This document shows positions 55,660-64,000 of a DNA stretch of 64,000 bases, in pieces (the first letter of the stretch is position 1; every line of letters starts with the position of its first letter). The notes below the pieces were generated by a model, which was not told the DNA's origin, ran no database searches, and was given only the letters and a program-made list of their open reading frames with translations. The stretch is from Eremomyces bilateralis CBS 781.70 (taxonomy: Eukaryota). Both the position numbers and the translations under genes were made by a program. Location: assembly GCA_010015585.1 (NCBI GenBank), contig ML975186.1. The stretch is one strand, 5' to 3'.

Positions 55660-56598
55660 TCACTCGCCCGCCAACATTGCTTTGTACTCATTCCGGTAGT
55701 AGTGGGCACATGATTGAGCAGTGTCGGGCTTCTCGGGAGGGCCCTCCTTCGGTAACGTATCTTTCAGCTCCTTGCCACAGAGCTGCTTGTGCCAATGCCA
55801 GTGCTTCTTCTGGCTGAACACAAATTAGCAACCTAAGTGGTGTCTTCGGGTAGGGTACACGTGGTTGCCAGTCACTCACCATTCAACTCCGCAGTATTTG
55901 CGCTTCTTGCAAGCCCCGCATTTCATCAATGGACCACCACGAGGCATGGTTTGTGCTCCACAACCACCACACGCATCATCACCGTGATAGCCATCTTTGA
56001 CGATGAGCGAAAGGGAACGGAACAGCACCTTGTGTCCTTGACCCCATTCAGGTGAGGTTGTGTTCATGAGGGTTCCAGGCAGAACAAGATCACTTTCATC
56101 GGTCTTGCCCGCTGCAATGGTGTCACGTAGTCCAAGGCTGCCGCAGTCCCATTGCTTTCCAGGCTCATATTCCTTGAGAGCGTTGTCGACTTGGGGGATG
56201 CCATCTCGTTGCAATCCAACCTTCTCGTATGCCTTGGACGTGAAATCAAGGAGCTTCTGAGGCACGGTGCAGCCTTGCTCGATGCAGACAACAGTGAAGA
56301 TAACGACGGCATATGCAGCTGGGTGCCAGTCTGGCTCCTTGGGAGGGTTGACGATCTTGCCCAAGTACTTGTTCATCACCATCTGAATGCCGGTGTCGTT
56401 CAACTTCTTGCGAAGCGCTGCGACATCCTTGGGGATGCGGAGAGAACCATCCTTATCAGGGTCAAGGTGAAGAAGATCTTCAATCTCCTTGAGGATATCG
56501 TAGTCGAAGTCACTCTGAAAGAGCCCTAGTAAAAGTGTTGGTTGTCATTTACGAGCAGCGTGGATAGTGGGCGTAATACCGAGTCCCCATGCACCCAT
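55660..56598 (-). CDS. MYND-type zinc-finger protein
   Basis: MGAWGL|GLFQSDFDYD (intron 56579-56526) joins ORF 55876..56403; CGGC..LMKCGACKKRKYCGVEC|QKKHWHWHKQLC across a second intron; TGA at 55662-55660. Confidence 0.85.
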
Positions 56599-57408
56599 AC
56601 TATCGGTCGAATTGAGATTCTTACGCTTCGGGAGTGGTTGCTATGCTTTCTGAGCTGGCGAACGCCAATTGGATCTTCTTGAGGAAGGCAAAGATCTGAG
56701 ACCGTCAAAGTGAACTGAGTTGAATGAAGACTAAGATCAAAACTGACAATGAAAGGAATCGACGAAAGCGATGAGTTCGACAACCATAGTCGAGGTTCAA
56801 CGAATGTTCATGAAGTGTGATATATCATACAATCGAATAGCCGCTAATTCATGTGGTTGCTGCCTGTTGCAACTGAACGTGACTTGCGGCGCGTTCAGTC
56901 GCGGTCAGTCGCGTTAAGTGACGCGGGATCCCGTGACCTTGTGGCTTCGTGGGAATGCACAACAAGCACAAGGAGAGGCCTTCAGAGGCAGCGACTATGT
57001 TAAGTTCGGCAAAGGTTAAGGCAAGATATCCAAGGAAAGAGTAATGGTTGTCCTGGATTGCATGACACTGTGCCATCCGACTGATTACAACTCACCTTGC
57101 CAAGGCTTTCTCGTTTGTCAATGGCTATTAGATTTATTTGTAGGACTACAAATCAAAGAGATCTGACAAAATAACAAGAAGATACAAGATCCGTCACCCA
57201 TTACATGCTATCCAGATCAAAGAACTCGATTCTGTGGATTTTAGAAAGGGAAAGCATTGTGACATAGTGCTTTATTGATCGCGGCCTGCTCGTTTAATCT
57301 ACCAAGGTACTTCCATCCTCTAGTTCCATCACACAGGTACCTACACCAATGTAATTTTGAATTAACATGGAAGTTCAAGAAAATTGGCGACAAGTGACAC
57401 GGTCTGGA

Positions 57409-58005
57409 TGCTAAAATGGTTGGGAGTGAGGTGTTGTTGTTACAGCAGCGAAGTTGTTTTTATTGTGTGTTGTGTATAAGTTGTGTGTTCTAGCTGAATG
57501 CCTGGTCCCCCGGCCCTACAGATATACGTAGGGCAGTCCAAATGAGCTCATCTGGATTAAATGATGAATTACGGAGGAATCTCATAAAAGGTGGCAGTAA
57601 TGGGCTCGTGCATTGCTGATTCATCATGATGAGTCATGTAACCTGCCTTCTTTATGAAGAATTGAGGATTGAAGCTATGTATATACACGTCCATTCCTGC
57701 TATGGTTTGGTTATTTAAGCGATGAAAATGTTGATTACAAGACTATATACAGTTGGAGAGAGCTTTACGAATGGGTAGAATCCACAAATACCGATGTGAG
57801 TGCCTAAGGCACCCACATTTGGGTAATGCTATACCTAATTGGGCTAGTATTTATGAGAGCATTTATGAGCGCTAGAGATAAATCGGGTTAGATTTCATGA
57901 AGACTTTATGAGGACGGCGTGCCCTAGATATACGAGAGTCACGGCAAGATTAATAATGCAGTTTGTAGCCTTGGACTCCTAGAGCTCATGCCTTGGCCTG
58001 CGACA
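57409..58005 (-). mobile_element. Second LTR copy (B), inverted relative to copy A and interrupted by a MITE
   Basis: Reverse complement of 57927-58005 matches 42953-43031; reverse complement of 57409-57528 matches ~43024-43164. 3' terminus diverges and no TSD found. Confidence 0.88.
57529..57926. mobile_element. 398-bp non-autonomous hAT-like element (MITE)
   Basis: TAGGGCA...TGCCCTA termini; 8-bp TSD GATATACG (57521-57528, 57927-57934); LTR copy A shows the empty site; repeated internal TTATGA/TCATAA words. Confidence 0.88.
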
Positions 58006-58267
58006 ATTCTTTATAGTTAACTAGTAGTAATCAACTAGTTACTAGTTAGTTCAATTTACGGTACGTTACATATCTGATTGGGTACACTATTACCAAGTGA
58101 TTTTGATTCTGTCATTGGATCTTGCGGTGGTCACGTGGTCAATCGGAACGATCAACTGTGGCTGGTAATGACGATCGGTTCTGAAGCTCAACGATTTGAC
58201 TATTATCTGCAGTCAGTGACTGGAGATAAATCACCGACTTGAGAACTGGCGATCAAGTCTACTCAAA

Positions 58268-60045
58268 ATGGCCGAAGGGACATCTCTATCTCGAAGTCAT
58301 ACCCCAAGTGCGATTCCTCCGCAGCGCCGACCAGAGGATGACCACACTCCTGCGGTCTCATCGCCGCTAAACCCGGATGGAAGCTCGCGACAACGCGCGA
58401 CGCGTCCTTCCCAACGAGAGCAACGCGAGAAAAAAGAGTCGTTAAAGAAGAGGGAATCAGCTACTGCCACGCGAGGGAATACGCCGGACCTAAAATCAAA
58501 ATCTCCACAAGAGTCGGTGCCGATCAGATACAACTACCTCAACCCCAAGCCGAGTGATTTCGAGCCTCCAAGGGAGACATGGTTTGCGTCAGTCGAGCCA
58601 ACGCCGGTTTTCACGCCAGATGGCCGCGTGGAACTTTTGAGACCTATGGACCAGTAAGTTGGCGGCCTTACGGAATGCTTCTCAGACGACTAACCGCCAG
58701 CAGTGCCCAAAATGTCCGAGGCTTTAGATATCAACACTGTATTGCCGACCCTCTTTTCCATCACAAGCACTTCTTTCGAACTACCGACACAGTGCCTTAC
58801 GGTCCGCGAATAAATTTCGAGGACAGTGATAAATGGCTACGGTTCGACCGATCCGGCACATACATCACCAACGACAAAGGTTGGAGGTCATGTCGGGCGA
58901 ATGTCTGCGCAAGAGAAGGAAGGTACTATTATGAAGTCAAGATCATCAAAGGCATCCCCGCAGAAGATGCGGCGTTGCCAAAAGGTACCACAGGCCCACA
59001 GCCGCATATTCGCGTAGGGTTTTCAAGAAGAGAAGCATCATTGGATTGCCCCGTTGGGTTTGATGGTTATAGCTATGGGATCCGCGACGTCGGTATGGAC
59101 ACCATGCATCGGTCGAGAGCGGGAAGAATCTCGAATTTAGACCCGAAATCGAAGGCCAAATCGAAGACCGCAAAGCAAACCCAAACATCTGCAACGCCCC
59201 TGGAATCATCGGACCTTTCGGGAGGAGATGTTTTAGGCGTGGAGATCTCCCTTCCCTCTCTTCGTTTGCACCGCGCTGTTGTTAGCAATGAATACAATCC
59301 GGCCGTTGACGTTGATGATGGCTTCGGTGACTCCGGATCAAACCCGCACGATACCCCATCCTTCCCGCTTGAACACAACATCTTACGAGACCGCATCCCC
59401 ATATCTTTCCGAGGAACCACGTATTTCGAAACCCATGACTATCAACCTACCAAACCAATGGAGGCGTACGCATCACGATCTCCGTCTGATACACTGTCGC
59501 AACTTCCGAACCCCGCACACGACGAACCCTCTCTTCGCACGCTTCCTAGCAGCTATATCCGCATCTTTAAAAATGGACAACTGATGGGGACGGGATGGGA
59601 AAATCTGATGGCTTTCCTCCCCCCAGCAAGCGCTCCCGCAGACCGCGCGCTTGGGATGCAGCTACGAGCGGTGGACGACGGCGCCGCAGGCTACTATCCA
59701 TCAATCTCGGTCTTTTCAGGAGGCATTGCTCAGGTTAACTTTGGACCAGACTTCTGGTATCCGCCTCCAGAATTGGTTCCGGATAATGACGACGCGGACA
59801 GGATGGAGGTCGACGAGGCCCCACAGAGCGCCGGCGGTGTATCCGGGTCATCTCCATCGACGACCAATCCTACGACCTTGAAGGGGTTCAATGTGAGGTA
59901 TAAAGAACAGATTGCGGAGGACTTGATGTGGGATTTGATTGACGAGGCGACTTTCTTCGTCATGGATGGCGGATTCGACTACGAACAGAACGGTCTATCT
60001 CGGGGCTCGGGTCCTGCTGTCGGAATGCGGATGCTAGATGATTAG
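58268..60045 (+). CDS. BRE2: COMPASS subunit Bre2/Ash2 (SPRY domain)
   Basis: Exon 1 58268-58653, intron from 58654 (GTAAGT..CTAAC..CAG); KGWRSCRANVCAREGRYYYEVKI, HIRVGFSRREASLDCPVGFDGYSYGIRD, GYYPSISVFSGG..NFGPDF, RYKEQIAEDLMWDLIDE. Confidence 0.92.
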
Positions 60046-61049
60046 TCCTCGACAGTGTCGGCACCAATTATTAACTGATCAAGAAGGGGATTGTTGAGCA
60101 TCCAGAACAGAAAATAATTAACGTCACCTGTGACACCCCGCTGCCAGCCCAGGCCCTGACCAATCCAACCGGGCACGACTTGTGTTCTCCATTTCCAGGT
60201 ATCGAGCGCCTTTGCCTTGGCTTTGTTGTCCACCCTAATCCTTTTCATGGCGTTTTCTTGTGTAGCCTCGACACACGGCGGATTTGATGAAGCCAATTTT
60301 TACGGAATGCGTCCTAGAAAGAATGCCGACGAGAGAAAAACCTGGGGAACTTACCGCCTCGATTTCGACCTACCTATGGGGTCTGAAAACTGGACGTGCA
60401 ATGATAGGCTGACTGGCAGCTGCACTCCCCCTTGGTCCTTTGGCCCTCGTCATCACCTGGCTTGTAAACTACCGTAAGTATCCATTAATAGAAAAAGAGA
60501 GATTTTCACAACCCATTTGCCTCAAAGTCGCTTTTATAATACCACTCTTGGTTGTGGCTCTGATGCTATCGTTGTCACGACAATCTGATACCGCTGTTTT
60601 ACCCCCTCTTGGTGATTTTTCGCTCCTGTTCTTTCTCTCCGAGTCCCATGTCCACTGATTTGGTTCTGCTTAGTTGCTCTATTGCAAATCCCCGGACAGT
60701 CTTCATGCGCTTTCATTGGTGGTTCTTGTTCAGGGCTGACATTCTTTGCATGCAAGCGTGCTGGATTCTTTTGGAGATTCAATGAGCATTAAGCAGTGCT
60801 TAACTTTGGAAGTTTGGGCTAAGAAACGCCCAGTACCATATCTAGCTATTCCGGAAAACTGGCCTCTAAAAACGGCTGACAGGAACAATCTGGCGTCCTT
60901 CATTTCTGCAGCCCCTAACACTTCCATCCCCGCGCTTACACTCGGCACACTTCTTGTGCCTAGCTCCCGCCTGTGAATAAACCTGGTATCTCTCGCCATT
61001 TTTCAGGCAACGGCGTCAATGCTAGGTAGAGGGCGTCGGAACCAAATAC

Positions 61050-61830
61050 TCCAACATAGGAGTTGTGGAACGCGCGAAAGCAGACTACAGACTACCAGTT
61101 TTAAAGTCTCTTTCTGGTCGCTAATAAACACACGTGGTTGTAGTTTTTCTATCTTAAGGAGGAAGTTTGAGATTGCCTAATGGTTGTCTGCCTGCGTCTC
61201 GTTGCTAAGGAAGCAGAAACCTGCAGAGAAGAAGGTCTATAGATTGGTACAGCCGAGTATATGCAACAGTGGAAGTTTATATTTATTGGCTCTATACCTA
61301 CAGTCCATCAATAGGACATCGGGATTCGCAAGCAGCAGCTCCATCTGCTTCTAGTAGACAAAGAAGAGACTTTATACACGATTGTCCGCATCTTTCTTGA
61401 TAGCGAAAGCCCCTCCTAGCGAGGAAAGTTCATCTAGCAATGTCTCGGCCGAATTTCTCCCATTTAAATGCTTCTCTCTAATTGCCTTTCTCTCGCCACG
61501 AATATCATTGATGTAATTACATCTTTCTAAGCTGGTGTACGTCTACAATAAACATTATGTGCACTCGGGTCGAGTGATCGAGAGTGGTTATAATGCTTAT
61601 GTTGAACCTCTAGCTTCCACTGGTCGTTATCCTCTTATTGCTTTGTCTTGAAGATAGCAAGCTTAAAAGGTCATTCTATTGCACTCGTTCTCGTGCTCAA
61701 ATTCCTTGCTCTTGACCGATACTTTCTGAGTCGATCACACTGGTAGTAATATCGTGTCTTGACATCAGAATTGTGAGGTTTGCTCTGCTTGAGTACGAAG
61801 CCGTAGCCATGCTACATACCATGGATCCTA
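61050..61830 (-). mobile_element. Decayed Mutator (MULE) transposase, not visible in the ORF track
   Basis: Manual translation gives HGYGFVLKQS..YYYQCDR..PFKL..QWKLEVQHKHYNH (FAR1/WRKY-like DNA-binding region), then NPDVLLMDCRYRANKYKLPLLHILGCTNL*TFFSAGFCFLSNETQ..PRVFISDQ..VPQLLC (MULE catalytic region), with several stops and a frame change. Confidence 0.85.
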
Positions 61831-62299
61831 AGAGCATTATAGGCTTGATGAAACCATTAGTTTCCACCATTAATAGCGCGGGGGACGAATCCCAAAAATC
61901 GGGGGACAATTCTCAGCAAGTACCATCCGGGATAAGCCGCTGGCGAAAGAATTAGGAAGATACATTAGGTTTGCATAGCTAGTAACTTATAGAAGGCTAG
62001 AACATAGCCAAAATCAAGATCGGACGGTAGAAGCTTTAGATTCCTTCTTCAATTTTCCAATGCACCCTTGGTAGTAAAGCTGAATTGCGGTACTATAACT
62101 GTGTATAGATTTGCAGCTAGTTCCTTGTGACTGGATGAGCAGGGCCATTTGTGCCTAAAGCAAGCGGAGCTGCGGAGGTAACATCCTCGCGGGCGACAGC
62201 TGGTGTCACAGGAAAATTACCTTAGCTATATCTGCCCTTCTACTAGCCTCCTAGTAGGGGCGTCCCTTTTTGGGGATTTAGCTTAGTTGGTTACATTTG

Positions 62300-63384
62300 A
62301 CAGCTGGCGGTTCCAAAATCTGGCGGTTGCAAAATGTGAGAGAACGCTTGGCGTAGAAGACACGAAACGCGCTCAATGCATGATACTTCCTCCTAGGTTG
62401 GTCACCACAAGCTATTGCAGCGGAAATCGGCCTAGGGGTTTCTATTATCTACCGCTATCGTGCACATCTTATTAGATATAGCCCTCTTCGTGCTTAATAC
62501 CGCCGGAAACGGGGCCATCCTTGTTCATTATCGCAAGCAGACGAAGACGCGCTCTTCGAGAAGCTACTCTAGGAAGGGTAGCTATATCTTAATAAACTTA
62601 TATTCTGGTTAGATATGGAAAGGGGCGTACACATTAGTGAGTCTACGGTATGTCGCGTGATTAATCGGAGACACTGGTCACAAAAAATTACGAAGTAGAT
62701 CTCGCGGAACCAGTCCTAAGAGATGCGGGAAGCGTATTAGGCAGAACTTCGTCAGTTTAACACCGATGATACGGTCTTTCTTGACGAGTCGATATTAAAT
62801 GAGAAGACAGGCTGGAGATACCGTTATTATTCGCCCATTGGGTCTGAATCCCGCGGTTTCAGGCGCATAGATCGGGCAAGACTTGGGCTGCTATCGAGGT
62901 ATATACGATCAGAGGCTTAATTGCCTATGGTGTACGCCAAGGCTACTACAGTCGAGAGCATTTGATTGAGTGGCTACAGGACGCCCTGCTTCCGTCTTTG
63001 GCTAGAGACTCTCCTCGTCCACGTGTTATCATACTTAATAACTGTTCGACGCATGTTTCAGAGGATGTTATAAGGCTTCTCGAGGAAGCAGGATGTCTTG
63101 TACGTTTTACGCCGCCCTACTCTCTAGACTACAACCCCATCGAGATGGTCGGGTCAGTCCTTAAAGCTTGGATCAGACGTAATCACGTCTATACGCGCCA
63201 TCTATGTGGCAACTTTGGCGAGTTCCTCAACTTTGCTATTACGCGCAGTCAATGTGATCCTTTTGAGCTTAAGCATTTTGAAAACGTAGACCATGGGATC
63301 TATATCTCTGACCAGCGATATAATGAGCTTCGTGTACAACTCCGTGGGTTTGAAAATGGGAGGATAGGTCATCCGGCTAGTTAG
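62300..63384 (+). mobile_element. RIP-like decayed IS630/Tc1 (DDE_3) transposase
   Basis: GWSPQAIAAEIGLGVSIIYR (HTH), VHISESTVCRVI, TVFLDES (D1), IILNNCSTH (D2 position reads N), PPYSLDYNPIE; at least six TAA/TAG stops in 62490-62740; tandem CTGGCGGTTSCAAAAT at ~62303-62334. Confidence 0.88.
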
Positions 63385-63666
63385 TACGCGAACAGTAACA
63401 ACAATCTTCTCGTATCTCCAGTTTTCGTCCTTTAGAGGGCTACCTAGGTTCACTGGTACCTCGTCCTCTACGACTGTGATCTCAAAATTGTTACGCCTCA
63501 TTGTATCCAGGGTGGCATCGTAGTGGCGCCTGCCGTTAACATGGACTCGAAGCTGGATACGAATCTTGTAATCGGGAATCCTTTCGGCGTGAAACGTGTC
63601 TATGGCGGTATAAAGCTGTTGCCGTGCAGTTGGCTGCGTAGGAGAGTTCCTGGTCCCAGGATATGG

Positions 63667-63938
63667 CTCATCGTGAAGGAATGGAAGGCTCAAAACGGTC
63701 TGAAACACTACTTCAATTGCGCCTCATCTCCTGATCTCGCGATCATCGAGAACTGTTTCCAAGCGATGAAGCAACACGTACGTAAATATACCCATTGGGA
63801 CCCCGACGAGACGCAATAGCTTCTAAAAGAGGGATGGGACGGTATTAAGCAGGAATGTATCAATTCCCGCGTTGATTCTATGCCTGAAAGGCTTCAGGCC
63901 GTTATAGACGTAGAGGGACAGCTGATTGGAGATTTTAA
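63667..63938 (+). mobile_element. C-terminal fragment of a third Tc1-like transposase
   Basis: VKEWKAQNGLKHYFNCASSPDLAIIENCFQ..*LLKEGWDGIKQECINSRVDSMPERLQAVIDVEGQLIGDF*; one internal TAG. Confidence 0.82.
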
Positions 63939-64000
63939 GGCGAAAACTTAGAATCTATTAGATATAGAATTTTTAAGCGTTCCAAATAGCATCATTTATA

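Noticed and set aside
231..57812. Recurring GCCTWAGGC palindrome (~232, 6069, 21100, 57802)
   Set aside because: Only four copies in unrelated contexts; cannot be separated from background without a genome-wide count.

Overview
64-kb window of a filamentous ascomycete (Pezizomycotina) genome, judged from short GT-AG introns with CTRAC branch points, fungal gene families and RIP-like decay of repeats. About 16 apparently intact genes: JmjC/JMJD7-like, Irs4-like EH protein, ABCC transporter, GHSMGG hydrolase, small Gly-rich protein, PQ-loop transporter, URM1, F-box protein, O-methyltransferase, S53 sedolisin, PTH11-like receptor, Ubc6-like E2, ELP2, two transcription factors, a MYND protein and BRE2/ASH2. 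Also present: a multiply disrupted GPI/cell-wall gene and a possible small orphan gene. Mobile DNA is abundant: an internally deleted Helitron, a 5'-truncated Tad-like LINE with a 17-bp TSD, two inverted copies of one LTR (one interrupted by a hAT-type MITE), an intact DD33E Tc1-like transposase, and decayed MULE/Tc1 fragments at the right end. Best leads: a TF with SAM-like + HMG-box + fungal MHR architecture, the intact transposase beside it (domestication candidate) with an upstream foldback, and two GC-AG introns needed to restore conserved motifs. I cannot establish a novel multi-gene system from sequence alone. All family calls are by motif recognition; no database search was run.
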